A DNA stretch of 64,000 nt from the human T2T-CHM13v2.0 reference genome, Homo sapiens: assembly GCF_009914755.1 (NCBI RefSeq), contig NC_060945.1; one strand, written 5' to 3'. The translations under genes were made by a program, and so were the position numbers. Below, piece after piece: positions 26,573-43,644 of the stretch. Under the pieces are notes generated by a model. It saw nothing but the letters and a program-made list of their open reading frames with translations. It made no database searches and had not been told where the DNA came from. Every line of letters begins with the position of its first letter. Positions within the stretch are counted from its first letter, which is position 1.

Positions 26573-28735
26573 AAAGAAGTCAAACTGTTGCTGTTAGCTG
26601 ATGATGTGATTGTATACCTAGAAAACCCTAAACACTCATTGAAAAAGCTCCTAGATCTGATCAATGAATTCAGTAAAGTTTCTGAGTACAAAATAAATGT
26701 ACACATGTCAGTAGCGCTGCTATACACTTAACGGCGACCAAGCTGAGAATCAAATGAAAAACTCAACCCCTTTTACAACAGCTGCAAAAAATAAAATAAA
26801 ATGCTTAAGAATATACCTAACCAAGGAGGCAAAATATCTCTACAAGAAAAAACACAAAACACTGCTGAAAGAAATAATAGATGACACAAACAAATGGAAA
26901 TAGATTCCATGCTTATGGATGGGTAGAATCAATATTGTGAAAATGACCATACTTCCAAAAGTAATTTACAAGTTCAATGCAATTCACATGAAAACACCAT
27001 CATCATTCTTCACAGAACAAGAAAACAAAATTCTAAAATTTATGAGACAAAAAAGAGCCCATATAGCCAAAACAAAAATGAACCAAAAGAACAAGTCTGG
27101 AGGCATCACATTACCGAAATTCAAACTATACTCTAAGGCCATAATCACCCAAATAGCATGCTACTGGTATAAAAACAGACACGTAGACTAATGGAACAGA
27201 ATAGAGAGCCCAGAAATAAAGCCAAATACTTACAGCCAACCGAACTTCAACAAAGCAAGCAAAAGCATAAAGTGGGGAAAGGACACCGTATTCAACACAT
27301 GGTGCTGGGATAATTGACAAGCCACATGTAGAAGAATGAAACTGGATTCTCGTTTCTCACTTTATATAAAAATCAACCCAGGATGGATTAAAGACTTTAA
27401 TCTACAATGTGAAACCATAAGAATTCTAGAAGATAACATTGAAAAATTCTTCTAGGCATTGGCTTAGGTGAAGAGTTCATGACCAAGAACCCAAAAGCAA
27501 AAGCAACAAAAACAAAAATAAATAGATGGGACTTAATTAAACTAAAAAGCTTCTGCACAGCAAAAGAAATAATCAGCGGAGTAAACAGACAAACCATAGA
27601 GTGGGAGAAAACTTTTGCAAGCTATGCATCCAAGAAAGGACTAAAATCCAGGATCTTATAGGAACTAAAACAAGTCAGTGATAAATAATAATAATAATCA
27701 TTATCATCATACTCCTCATCAAAAAGTAGTCTAAGGACATAAATAGAAAATTCTCAAAAGAAGATATACAAATGGCCAACAAACATATGAAAAAATGCTC
27801 AACATCACAAAATGCAAATCAAAACCACAATATGATACCAACTTACTCCTGCAAGAATGGCCATAATTAAAGAATCAAAACATAGTATATGTTGCCGTGA
27901 ATGTGCTGAAAAGGGAACACTTTTACACTGCTCTTGGGAATGTAAATTAGCACCATCACTATAGGTAACAGTATGGAGAATCCTTAAAGAAGTAAAAATA
28001 GGAGTACCGTTTCACCTAGCAATTCCACTTCTGAGTATCCACCCAGAGGAAAAGAAGTCATTATATAAAAAAGACACTTGCACATGCATGTTTATAGCAG
28101 TATAATTCACAATGGCAAAAATTAGGACCTGCATAAATGCCCATCAGCCAATGAGTGGATAAGAAAATATGGTATGTATATATATATATATATATACACC
28201 TTGAATACTACTCAGCCATAAAAAGAAACAAAATAATGGCATTCACAGAAACCTGGATGAAGTTGGAGACCATTATTCTAAGTAAAATAACTCAGGAATG
28301 GAAAACTAAACATCATATGTTCTCACTAATAAGTGGAAGCTTAGCTATGAGGACGCAAAGGTATAAGAATAATATAATGGACTCTGGGGACTTTGGGGGA
28401 AGGGTGGGAGTGGGATGAAGGATAAAACACTACACACTGGGTTCAATGTAAACTGCTTGGGTGATGGGTGCATCAAAATCTCAGAAATCACCACTAAAAA
28501 ACTGATCAGTTTAACCAAACACCACCTGTTCCCCCAAAAACTGAAACAGTAATAATAATGATAAATAAAAATTTAAAAAAACAAAAATTAAAATAAGAGC
28601 TCTTTTTCAAACATATACACCTACACAAGAAAATAATGTACAATTCATAGGATTGTGTTGCTTAAATATTTTATCAAATATTTATTTTATTTTTAGTGTT
28701 GAATGGCATATCAAATAAATCATTCCATGATATTA

Positions 28736-29072
<337 letters not shown>

Positions 29073-29416
29073 AGATCAAGCATCATTTACTACTAAATAG
29101 GCAAAAACTTTTTCTCAGTGCTCACTTATCTATCACCAATTCGTTATCCAAACATGTCAGCATTTGCTGTAAACAAATCCAAACATGGACAAAGGACTCT
29201 CAAATGCATTCAAATCTATTACCCTTTACTGATGTCCTTCAGAAAAAAAGGCAACCTTTTTAGGTAAACAATATGAGAATTTGATGTTTGGTGTCTTTAT
29301 TAACATATCTACTGGATAAATTATTCATTTTGTCACATTTAACTTTAAAATACAGTATTTTTATAATCTCACAAAACTATTTTAGTAAAAAATTGTTTTT
29401 CTATTTTTTAATTTAA

Positions 29417-29642
<226 letters not shown>

Positions 29643-29672
29643 ATTTTTTAATTTATTTACTGAGTAAGATTA

Positions 29673-29966
<294 letters not shown>

Positions 29967-30959
29967 TTATCTATTTCCATATCTAATATCTACCACTTGT
30001 CTCTGGCATTGAACAGGGTATTTAGATAAACAAAATCTCATGTTGTTGGAAGAATTTCCTACTTTGCAATTTGCAGTAATCACGGCCACTGCTGGATCTG
30101 ATATATCGTTTCACTTTCACAGGTGAGGTCAGTTAAGTTCCATTCACTGAGAATAATTCAAGGGTGAGGCTTTTCCAAGACATCTCTTCCTCACCTACCT
30201 ACCTATCGGTATTGGAACTGTCCTTTATCTTAGGAGAGCTTTTCCTTTTCTTAGCTAAAATTGAAGGAATTTTAACAAATATTTCTGACATTAGCGATTA
30301 TTTATTCAAGCAACTCTAAATTTGAATGCTGCAGGAAATTATAAACAGTGAAAGAGTAGCAGCATTTGTTATTCCTAACAAAGCATGTTTACTGCAGTAG
30401 CAGACAAACTTTGGATAAACACTTGAGAAAATATAAATTATAGGGCATAGCTAAGAAAACATTCTTAAACATAGTACGTTTCATTTATAGAAAACATTGG
30501 TGTAGTCTTTCTTATTATAAATATGCTTTGCATTTGAAACACAGTTTTTAATTTCCAAAAATCCTGTATTTTTACGATTCTATTTCTACTATAAGCAAAA
30601 ATGTAAAAGAATGTCACATATTACTTCTGAGTAGCTGCACTGTTACGATTTTCTGTGTTTTAGGCCAAAGACTATTACCGTAATGACTACTGTGTGAATA
30701 TGTAATTACACACGTACTGCTACTGTTGTGTAGAGATAACATGATCTATTTATGCAAGCATAAAATATGGCCATATGGTTTATATTCCGGACTTGCATAT
30801 TATGAAATCATTTGTAGCCCTACCCTGAACTTCCACAGAGAAAAATCACACACATGAGATACACACATGGGCATTGTGGTTTCAAAACTCTTTGTGGAAA
30901 AAAGCTGACATAAACAAACGAAGCAGAAATCTCCTCCCTTCAAAGTGGTGAATATTATG

Positions 30960-31140
30960 TCTTGGAAAGAAAATGAACCTGGGATTAGACAGATGGAACT
31001 GTAGCATTACCTATGACAAATTATTCCGCCTCCCTGACCCTAAGCTGCTTCATTCTAAAAGAGAAATCAGATTATTCAACTTTTCTATACATCTGTTTGA
31101 AAATGCTAGGAAAATAGTAGACATGCAATAACTGGTTGTG
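30960..31140 (+). mobile_element. MIR fragment
   Basis: Degenerate MIR core (ACAAATTATT..CCTCCCTGACCCTAAG..CTTCATTCTAAAA). Confidence 0.45.
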
Positions 31141-31434
31141 AATGTTTTTCTTTTTCTTCCAATCATGCCACCATATCTAAAATGTCACTTTATGCCACTA
31201 TGCTTTTTCACAAAAGGTTAATTAAAATCAAAGTAAAGGTTATAGGCAATATCATGAAACATGTTACATTCCTTATTTAAAAACTTGATAAGAAACTACT
31301 ATTTACTAGCAGATTCAAATATTTACCAATGAGTATTTTAGCTAAACTTAAATTCTGTATGTAAGAAAATTAAGATTATTATCCTTTAGTGAACTGATAA
31401 TAAAATGTAGATGATGACCCAGTACATTCTGTGA

Positions 31435-32130
31435 CATTTATCCAAATGAGTTGAAAACTTATGTCAACACAAAAACCTGCACATGGAGGTTTACTGTAGC
31501 TTTATTGATAATTCCCCAAACTTGGAAGCAACCAAGATGTCCTTCAGTAGAAGAATGGATAAATAAACTGAAGTACATTCAGATGATTAAATATTACTCA
31601 GCGATAAAGGCACTATCAAGCCACAAAAATACATGGAGGAAGACAACTTAAATGCACATTGCTAAATCTGAAAAGGCTACATAAAAGCCAATCTGAAAAG
31701 GCTACCTACTGTATAATTCCAACTCTATGATATTCCGGCAAAGAAGACACCACTATGAAGACCTTAAAAGGAAAAGTGGTTGCCAGGGATTTAAGGGGAG
31801 GAAGGGAGGAATAGGTGGAATACAGAGGATTTTTAAAGCAGTGAAACTATTCTGCATGATACTGTAACGGTGGGTACATGCCACTATACATTTGTCCAAG
31901 CCCATAAAACACACAGCTCTAAGAGTGAGAGTTAATGTAAGCTGTAGACTTTGAGTGATGATGTGTCTGTGTAGGTTCATCAGCTGTGACAAGTGTACCA
32001 CTCTGGTCAGGATGTTGATAATGAGGCAGGCTGTGCCTGCATGGTGGCAGGGTTATGTGGGGAGTCTCTGTACCTTCCTCTCAACTTGCCAGTGAAACAA
32101 AAACTACCCTAAAAATAATGTCTATTAAAA
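31435..32130 (+). mobile_element. L1MC1-like 3' end
   Basis: ORF2 C-terminus KTYVNTKTCT...WKQPRCPSVEEWINKL followed by an L1MC-type 3'UTR. Confidence 0.85.
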
Positions 32131-33280
32131 GTGCAGGTGATGAACATTAATTTAAAAATTTAGTATTTTTACAGGGACAATATATTCAGTTATTTGTTGT
32201 GTACATAAAATTAACATAATTTTTTTAAAAAAATGATGAAGACCTATATTTTAGCTGAAAATACATAGAAACAATAGTCATTACATTAAATATCTAAGAG
32301 AAAATATGTATTATGTCATGCAAAGAGTCAAGAAGATATACATGCATTCATGCATATACATTTTATAGCCATATGGTTCAATATCAAATTGAGCTTACGG
32401 AGTAAAAATGGATGAACAGAGATGTTGCAACAAGCACATAAATCTCACAATGTCCCACGTGTAACAGAAGTGTAAGCCAGCACTCCAGATAAGCATGTAA
32501 CATTGCAGGTAATAAGAAAAAAATAATAGACTGAAGGAGCATACCATTGACTTATTAAGCGACAACTATTGATACGCGCTAGCTGGTTGATACATGTAAC
32601 TTCATCTTCATAGTAATATTAATTTTAAGTAAATATTCTTGTCATTTTATTGGTAACAGAATGGAGGCTCCAAGAAATTAAATAATCTTCTTGAGATCAC
32701 ATCATCAACATTACACATGTGAGTATGTTTTAGGAATTGGATTATAAAAACGGAGTAAATCTACCTCAGTGTCAATATGTTTTTCATTTTTTGTCATATG
32801 CCCTTCAACAGTTATGCTGCAGCAAGGAACAATACACATTTATCTCCTAAATAAATAGCCTATACGATATTTTTGCATCCCGATCTTTTAAACTGTTCAA
32901 ATATTTGAAATTGACCATTATATAAACCAGCTCTTCCCCATTGCTTTTAAGATGAAAGTTACTTTCCTTCTCTGAGACTTGGTTTTTTCCTTTGTGAGGA
33001 GAATACTACTAATTACTTTGTAGGGTTGTTGTCAGAATGGGGCAGCTGATATTTAATGCCCCCTCCAAACACACAACCAAACCTGAATATGAAACATAAA
33101 AAAAAATACACTGAAGAATCAACTTATTTGTAATTTCATTAATTTCTTAAGAAAAAAAGAATAATGCCAGTTTGCAAGTCAGATTATGCTGGTATAATTA
33201 GGATACTTATGCTCCTGCCTTTCACTGGAGCATGTTTCCTATCTTCTATACTCATCAAATCTGAGGGAACTCCAACTTAA

Positions 33281-33771
<491 letters not shown>

Positions 33772-33919
33772 CAGCTGCTTTTTATTATTTTTAAAATTAT
33801 TCTCCTTATTTATTCCTCTCTTCCACATTAAGCAACTTTCCCCAGCCAGTGAGATTTGGAAAACACTGCTATTTTTTTTGGTGAGGTATGACTATGGCTG
33901 CCTCATGTATGGCAGCTAC

Positions 33920-34105
33920 ATTAACTACTGCAATCTTCATAATGGCTCTGAGGTGGGTACTGTTATTACTCACCCCTGCACAGATGAGGAACCTGAGGCC
34001 AGGTTGGGGAAGGCCTAATCCAAAATCACAGAGCTAGCAAAATCTGGGCGTGACTGAAATCTTGGAGGGCTAGCTTCAAATACTGTGTGTTTAGCTGTTA
34101 TACTA
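33920..34105 (-). mobile_element. MIR
   Basis: TGAGGTGGGTACTGTTATT...ACAGATGAGGAACCTGAGGC...AATCACAGAGCTAG core. Confidence 0.75.
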
Positions 34106-34948
34106 AACTGTTACTTATCTATACTCTTTTATGGACAATTTTATAAAGGAAGCTGAGGATATATTTTTAATAATACATAATGAGAAAGTTTATAGAAATG
34201 CATCAAATGCATTACGCATGAAGGTTAAATTACTAAAATAAAATTAAAAGCTGGATTTCCTTAATTATACATACATGTAGCCCAACTGAAATACTACTGT
34301 AATTTCTCTAACACATTTTTAAAAACTTTTCACACAGTATATTATTAGAAAGATATGAAGGATTTACAGGGAAAAACAGCCCCATTATTGTCTGGCTAAC
34401 AGTTTTATTTATTTAGCCATGTGTAGAATTAAATTTCAGTCATTAATTTAGCCTTATAATCAAAACTTTTGAAAGACTTAGTAGATTCTTTCTTAAGAGA
34501 TTACTAGGCTTGTTGTGAACCCATACAAGTTCGTGCACTGAAAATCTTCACTTAAGTCTCTTTCTAATGCATTTCTTTACACACAAAGGCTTATATCAAC
34601 TCCTGTGTACACGCTAAACAAATATCCATGTAGAAGAAATTACTTAAACAGCATGAATTCTATGTGGGTAAAGAGTTCATAATTTGTCAATCTCTTAGAA
34701 AATCTAGGAAATATATATTCATAAAATCAAGAGAATACATTTATAAAATCAAGAGAACAGTGAGAAAAACAGGCAATCTGTAGCTTAATACAAAAATACT
34801 TTTAACAAAATAAATTAGCTAAAAGACAAAATTTAGAATGAATAATTTATTAATTGATTTTCATTGAAGAACTATGTCACCATCAGGGCAGATAATTGAT
34901 TTTAAACTATACTAAATTATATTTTAGTTTTTATTTTTTTAGAAGTCA

Positions 34949-35240
34949 AGCCAGGTGTGGTGGCTCACACCTGTAATCCCAGCACTTTGGGAGGCTGAGG
35001 TGGGCGGATCACAAGGTCAGGAGTTCCAGACCAGCCTGGCCAATATGGTGAAACCCCGTCTCTACTTAAAAGACAAAAATTAGCCGGGCATGGTGGTTCA
35101 CACCTGCAGTCCCAGCTTCTCAGGAGGCCGAGGCGGGAGAAGTGCTTGAACCAGGGAGGCTGAAGTTGCAGTGAGCCAAGATCGCACCACTGCACTCCAC
35201 TCTGGGCGACAGAGTGAGACTCCGTCCCCCCACAAAAAAA
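34949..35240 (+). mobile_element. AluSg-like
   Basis: Full dimer GGATCACAAGGTCAGGAGTTC. TSD AGAAGTCAA / AGAAGTTAA. Confidence 0.94.
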
Positions 35241-35621
35241 AGAAGTTAAAGTCAGAGATAGCAGGTCTAAATCTTGAATGTCAAATTTAGTTGTTGTTGT
35301 TGTTTAATTTACTTTGTTTTAAAGTTATTAAAAAATTATCTAACCAGCAGCAGCAGTACAGATTACACATAGCCCCAACTTACCTGGGTCTTTGCGCATT
35401 TCTTTCAATTACACAAGAGTATTTTAACCACATTATTGGTTACCAGAATTTTACTTGAAAAAATATGCAACTAGTTAGCATATAAAAGATCTGTTTTTAT
35501 GGCAGTTTATAACTATATCTACTCAAAACGAGTCATTCAGAGAAACAGTAATTCAAACTTACTCTAAAATGTTCACAAAGCATTTATTCCATTAAATATT
35601 TATAATATTTAATATATAATA

Positions 35622-35972
35622 CAAACAGTCCCCAACTTATAATATTGGCTTAGAATTTTTCAACTTTATGATGGTGCAAAAGTGATAAGCATTCATTAGA
35701 TTCCATACAATCATTCTGTTTATCACTTTCAGTAAAGTATTCAATATGTTATATGAGCTATTGCACACTTAATTATAAAATAGGCTTACTGTTTGATGAT
35801 TTTGCCCAATCATAAGCTAATGTAGATGTTCTGGGTATGTTTAAGGTAGGCTAGTGTAGATAAGCTATGATATTTGGTAGGTTAGATGTATTAAATGCAT
35901 TTTGACTTACTACATTTTCAATTTAAGATGACTTTATTGGACAGAATCCTATTGTAAGTAAATAAGCATCTA
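35622..35972 (-). mobile_element. MER47A (Tigger-derived MITE)
   Basis: TA-flanked. GTCCCCAACTTAT...GATGATTTTGCCCAA...TTTAAGGTAGGCTAG...AGCATCT is colinear with the reverse complement of recalled MER47A. Confidence 0.85.
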
Positions 35973-37269
35973 TATTACTTATAAATAATATATTTAATGT
36001 GTTAAAAATATATTCGGGTAGAATATTTTTAACATTAAATAATTCATTTTAGCCTAAATACATTTACAGCAAATGATCATTTATAGACAATAAACAACAG
36101 TGCTAGGTCAATGACATCAGAAGCATTTTGCGTGAAGGCTGGAATTATTTTGTTTTTCACATGATATCACAGGCTATAATGTCTTTAGCATAGTTGGTGC
36201 TAGCCATTTAGAATCATAATGATCTGTTCTAAAAGGCTGAAAATATTCTTTTCATTTCTGCAAATTTTAGAAATATATAATAATTGCACCTGGAACTAGA
36301 TTTTGGACATTACTCCATTCTGCTACTCTTTTTTACTAAGATGAAAGCTGAAATAGAATGAAAATTTTTACTTTTTTGATCTCATTTCAATGGTACAGGA
36401 GAATATGAGTATTGCCTGGACACATGTATGTTTGTAATGAAGCCTTAAATATAGGAATGCAACTTGAAACTGATGTGAAAGTAGTTAAACCTGTTGTGTT
36501 CCTGTACTAAAAAGTTATATCGTTTCTATTGGGAATTGACTTAGAATATAGATATCTATTTTCTTCATTACAGGTTTTTGGAAAAAATATGACAAATCCA
36601 AAAAATTTACAAAAGACAATTCAAAGTCATTAATAAAAATTTGGAAGGATATATTACTTTTTATGAAATAATTGCATATTGTCATTTACACAAATGTCTC
36701 TCTTTGAAAGACCAATGAGGAGTAACAGGGAATTAGAAATGGCAAACAAATCAACCCCATACAAAGAATGTGGCTGAATTTTCACCGAAGCAAATGAAAA
36801 CAGTTCTCTCATTCATTCCTTGATGTCTAGTCATTGGCCAAACAGCCTAATTCATAAATGGATCTCAGAGAAGGCAAATTCAAAGTGTCTAAAGGAAATT
36901 CATTTTAATAAACATAAAACCAAATGTGTATTAGACTGTTTAATGTAATAAAGTCCAGAATGTTATATTTGATCATCACGAAGCTTTAGTTCTTAAATTT
37001 TGCATAGAAAAAGCAAGCCAATGATTCAGCAATTTCATTTGTTTGACTCATTTTGAATTCCACAGGAAGCAACAAAAGCAAGTGACTACATAGTAGAAAT
37101 ATATTTTATTTCTACTAAGAGCTTGCCTCTCATTACTAGAGTATAATTGTTACAGATATATGTGTACACTTGTAATAGTAATTTTTTTATTTCCATTTTA
37201 ATCTGTTCTTTTTAAAATCAGTTCTTGACATAATTTTAAAAATTAGAGTTAGAAATTACAAACTTTCTC

Positions 37270-37426
37270 TTTTTACATTTTTTAGACAGTGTCTCACTCT
37301 GTTGCCTAGGCTGTAGAGATGGGGTTTCACCATGTTGCTCAGGCTGGTCTTGAACTCCCTGTGCTCAAGAGATCCATTCACATTAACCTCCCAAACTGCT
37401 GGGATTACAGATGCAAACGCCTGGTC
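37270..37426 (-). mobile_element. AluJ with most of the right monomer deleted
   Basis: The Alu 3' end (AGACAGTGTCTCACTCTGTTGCCTAGG) is joined directly to the left monomer (TAGAGATGGGGTTTCACC). TSD CAAACTTTCT on both sides. Confidence 0.85.
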
Positions 37427-37831
37427 TCCAAACTTTCTTTGCAACAAGAACATTTGGAGATTTAAAAAGTAAACTGAATCAATTTGCAGCTGGAACAGTG
37501 TTATTTAAACATCACTTGACCTACTAATGGAGCAGTCTAAATTAGATACTTCCAAGAGACAAGAGGAACTGTCAAAACTGGCATCTTTGGTGGAAACCCT
37601 ATGATTCGGGCTTTCATTCATTGGCTTTCTCATTCACTTTGGGAACGAGTTTAACAAAGAATAAGAATGAAACTGAATCATTTCTGGTACCAGTTTTCGC
37701 CTTTCCTTTAATAGTCTTGGGCTATTGATGGCTAAGATGAAGAGACTTATGGGGGAAACTCTCCCGTCTAACCGTTTGTTTATGTAAAAGGTCCTTTGCC
37801 AGCCCTTTCTGGGGAGGATCTACTTATATTA

Positions 37832-38183
37832 TATATTAGTCCATTCTCAAACTGCTATAAAAAATACCTGAGACTGGGTAATTTATAAAGGAAAGAGGTT
37901 TAATTGACTCACAGTTCTGCATGGCTGGGGAGGCCTCAGGAAACTTACAATCATGGTGGCAGGTGAAGGGGAAGCAAGGCAGGTCTTACATGACAGCAGA
38001 AGAGAAGTGAGAGCACAGGAAAAACTGCCACTATTAAAACTATCAGATCTCATGAGAAGTCTCTCATTATCACAAGAACAGAATGGGGGAAACAGCCCCC
38101 ATGATCCATTCACCTCCCCGCAGGTCCCTCCCCTGACAATTTGAGATGTTATTTGGGTGGGGACATAGAGCCAAACCACATGA
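37832..38183 (-). mobile_element. MSTA/THE1D-type MaLR solo LTR
   Basis: TATTAGTCCATTCTCA...GAGGCCTCAGGAAACTTACAATCATGG...AGCCAAACCACAT. Confidence 0.9.
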
Positions 38184-38547
38184 CATGGTATGATTACAAG
38201 AATGACAGGCACACTGATGGCCTTTTCCCAGTGAACTGCAATGTTACTGGAATTATTTGCTTTAGATATACCTAAAGGGCTGTCCTCAAGCTGGCTTAAA
38301 AATTGATATTTAGAAGCTAAATATTAAGGTTTACTCTATAGAGAAGTAAATATCTTACCATCTAGCTCAAAGCAAGAATTGACGGATCGATAAACAGAAT
38401 TACATAGAGTTTTGTAGAAAAGGGGTAAAGAAAATATAGTAAGGGACTATTCAACTATTACTTACCTTCATTGAAGAATATTGTTATTTTTATTTCATGT
38501 TTCATTGTATTCTAAAGATTATCTCTAAAAAGCTTACTAAAGTAACC

Positions 38548-38634
38548 AAAAAAATAGAAAAAATTTGAAAGAAAAAAGAAAGAAGAAGAAAAGAAAGAAA
38601 AAGGAGAGAGAGAAAGAAAGAAAGAGAAGAAGAA

Positions 38635-38715
<81 letters not shown>

Positions 38716-38755
38716 GAAAGAAAGAAAAAGAAAAGAAAGAAAGAAAGAGAGAGAG
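38548..38755. repeat. Polypurine tract with a pure (GAAA)n core
   Basis: Direct reading; uninterrupted AAAG run ~38638-38714. Confidence 0.95.
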
Positions 38756-39231
<476 letters not shown>

Positions 39232-39594
39232 TCATACCTGAGATTCTATAAGACCTTCTGTTTTATACAGAGGGACAACTAGAATTGGTATGGTTTCATA
39301 AATGAAATAAATAGATGTTGGTTTATATATTGTATATTATATATTCATCTTGAAATTGAACATCAAATTTAATTTTAATTTTATTTTGAAATTATTTTTA
39401 AAATAATTTTTATTTTTTAATTTAATCGTATTGTGGAAGATATCATTAATGCTGCAGAGAATGTATATTAGAAAGTATATTTTAAAGAATATTTGTTAAG
39501 TGAATAGAACTACCACATTGCCTGTGTCTTAAAAGCTTTATAAGTCCCTTCCAAATTGCCTCCCATTTCTGTTTGCAAAGCAAGAGAATCCCAG

Positions 39595-39846
39595 TGTGTT
39601 AGTCAGTGTTCTCCACAGAAACAGAACCAATAGACTGGAGACCTAAGGAAGGATTGATGTTGCAGTCCTGAGTCTGAAGGCTGAGTCTTTTCTCTTAAGG
39701 CCTTCACCTGACTGAATGAGGCCCATTGCATTATGGAGGGTAATCAGCTTTACCCCCAGTGCTACTAATTTAAATGTTAATTACATCTAAAAAATGCTTT
39801 CACATCAATGTCTAGGCACCAAGTCGACATAAAATTGACAATCACA
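39595..39846 (-). mobile_element. MLT2C/D-type ERVL LTR, internally deleted
   Basis: TGTGTTAGTCAGTGTTCTCCACAGAAACAGAACCAATAG ... GACATAAAATTGACAATCACA. Confidence 0.8.
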
Positions 39847-41029
39847 CCCAGGAAGTATCTCAAGCATGTAAATTTAGATGTTCATATCCAGGTGAAAAGA
39901 GATATATGGAATATACTATTATATGTTACTCTATACCTCATAATTATGCTTTTTAAACTTGGGGAGGCCTTAGTTACATGTTCAGTTGGCTTAATGAATG
40001 GCAGTCAGTATATTGAATCTATGAATAATAACAAACCCATAAATACAATGTTTACTTTTACAACTTGGCAAGAATTTGTTTTGAGTATCAAATTGGGGGA
40101 AAATCCAAAATGCATGCCAATTTTGTAGTGCTTAGCCCTCTAACATAATAATTAACTCTTATAAAAGCTATTGATAGCTTTTATTTTCTTTTGCTACCAA
40201 TCATGCAAATGTGGAATGTACTTGAATTGAAAAATATTCACTTTCCCTTACTGCTGCCAACCTGTCTCTGTATCCCATCACAGACTTCATCCAGGATATC
40301 TGTGTTTATTTTCTGTTTCCTCATCACTGGTTAATTCTTCAACTTATTCTTATTTGGATTCTACCTCTATCATCATTTTATTGGAACAACTCATTTTATG
40401 CAATCTCTAAAAAATGTACAATACCTGTGACTTTGCCCGTGTCTTAAAAAAAAGCAAAACTAGTTTCAGTTGCCAAAGATAGACATCATTCACCTATAGC
40501 TCAGGCTGGAGGTAAATATTAGAAGTGCTGTTGTATCAGCTATCCCTGAATAGGTAGGATTGAAGCTGTGATTATATATTAAGTCAACCAGAAAGCGAGT
40601 ATGGACTGCTAAGGAAGAGGAGTTAGAATGAAATGTCAACGCTCAATGCCTGAAGAGAACAGGGGAGTAAATAGAAAAATCAGCGGATGTGTGGTCTTTT
40701 AGAAGAAACAAGTTACTTTGAAAAAGGTAGTGGTGAACATTTTTGAAAGCGGATGAAATGTCAAGAAAGATTAAACCTTAAATATATACAATGAGAAGAC
40801 ATATAGGGGCCTAGCAGAGGGAGGCAACGGATTAAAGTGAGTTGAAGAATAATGAAAAATCTGCTAAAAATATACAATTCTGAATTATTTTGTACTGCAT
40901 AAAATATGACTCAACTGATGTGACCTCATTCTATATCTAGCTTCATTTTCTATTGCTAAATTGACTTTCAAAATGTGCCCCGTAATGAAGGTACTTATCC
41001 TCTTATTTTATTCTCTCATTTCACCATTC

Positions 41030-41152
41030 TATTAATTCATCCAAAAATATTCATTGAGTTATAACTATGTGTTACTACCATCTGGGAACTGAAAACTCAG
41101 CAACAAACAAATAATGATGAAGTCTCTGCCATACATACTACATTTATTTAGT
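41030..41152 (-). mobile_element. L2 3' end fragment
   Basis: ATTCATCCAAAAATATTCATTGAG..ACTATGTG pattern. Confidence 0.55.
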
Positions 41153-41157
41153 CAAAT

Positions 41158-41575
41158 TGTAGCAGTCGGGATGGTTTAGCCAGGTTTGCTGGGGAAACAA
41201 CCATCCATGTAATCTCAGAGGCTTACAATAATAAATCAACACTTACTTCATATTCAAACTGCATGTAGGCTGAAGTCAGCTGCAATCCTCATCCATATAT
41301 TTTTATTCCAGGACCCATACAGAAAGCAGAAACAAACAGGCAAAGAAATTTCATTAGTACCTTTTAAAGTTTCTTCTCAAAAACAGTATACATCGTGCCT
41401 ACATTTATTCCATTGACTAAAGCACATCACATAGTCAGGTCAAACATCAATGGAGCAGAGAATATATATTCTGTCCATAAGGGGCCCCTTAAGCCTGATG
41501 TCAATGAGCAACAATGTATAATTTTCTTACAGGAAAGGAAGAATGAATAACTGCACGATAAAACAACCTAGCACA
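41158..41575 (-). mobile_element. Ancient MLT1K/L-type LTR
   Basis: AATCTCAGAGGCTTACAA and CCATTGACTAAAGCACATCACATAGTCAGG motifs. Confidence 0.6.
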
Positions 41576-41997
41576 GGTATTTACTCCTGTATTTTACCTA
41601 CAAAGCCATCCTATAAATATCTAAGAAAATATGGCTCAGCTTTAAAGCATCAGCAATAATACTGCTGCACTGCTTGTGATTCTTAAAAATGGCTTGATGT
41701 TGGGCATCAACATTAAGACTTGTATTATTTTATCATTTTACTTAATACGATTACTTGTTTCCTTCCTTGGGAATGCTAGGAATTATTGATATACTGTATT
41801 TTTTTATTTCTACTAGGACATTCTGCATTAGGAAAAAGTTATACTTTTTATAAAGCATCCCAAATAAATCAATTCATTGAGTCATTAGAAGATATTTACT
41901 TGAGTTTCTACAATATATTCCAATCACAACTGGACACACACACAGTATAAACAAATTGTCCAAAATTTATTTCAAAATTCATATAAAACCAAAAGAA

Positions 41998-43101
<1,104 letters not shown>

Positions 43102-43104
43102 ACA

Positions 43105-43640
43105 GGGCTTCCTGTTTGGTCTCTTTCCCACCCACTACGCTCTACAATCAGTGGAACACTGGGCCCCAGGCTCCTTCTAACAGAGTTCTCGTCAATCAGT
43201 CCCACGTGGGTCAAATCTGATTATCTTCCCTCACAACCACAACCTGCTATGTTTTGTTTAATGTCATTTCTCAACCTTTAGGAAAAATCTAGCCTCATTA
43301 TTATGGTACACAGTGCCTGGGCTCTTCTTTTTCTTCTTGTTCATTTCCTGGGCCTTTCCTCTGTCTCACAACCTAGAGCAACTCTAGGCTTCTTTCCCTT
43401 CCTAGAGCACATGCATTTTGATGTCTCCTCATTTTCTGCCTAGAAGGCTGCCCTCACCCATTCATCTTTCCTTAGGACTTTTCCTGACCCTTTAATGTAA
43501 ACAGGATCCCTATAATATTTGCTCCCATCACCCTGTATGTTTCCTTTATACTGATATCATAATATGTAGCTAGACATGTTTGCAGCATTTTTTAAATGTT
43601 TGCTCCGCCCTCTAGACCTTGGATGCTCAGAGCATGATCT
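43105..43640 (+). mobile_element. L2 fragment
   Basis: Pyrimidine-rich L2 3' region text (TTCCTAGAGCACATGC, TCTGCCTAGAAGG, CTAGAC). Confidence 0.55.
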
Positions 43641-43644
43641 CCTG

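Larger units (their letters stand above)
24145..28594 (+). mobile_element. L1PB-type LINE-1, 5'-truncated at the start of ORF2
   Basis: ORF2 remnants from NINGLNAPLKRHRVAEWIK (24154) through RT (26105-26407) to the C-terminus (28155-28418). L1PB-like 3'UTR (CAAAATCTCAGAAATCACCACTAAA, CCAAACACCACCTGTTCCCC) and A-rich tail. Confidence 0.95.

Noticed and set aside
35377-35390. Perfect minus-strand splice donor CAG|GTAAGT (and AAG|GTAAGT near 38460)
   Set aside because: About chance frequency for a 64 kb window, with no matching acceptor or ORF identified. A lncRNA exon cannot be excluded without RNA data.
37091-37117. Short perfect hairpins (also 40161-40184 and 50992-51019)
   Set aside because: 10-11 bp AT-rich stems are expected by chance or by local template switching and are too short for a pre-miRNA.
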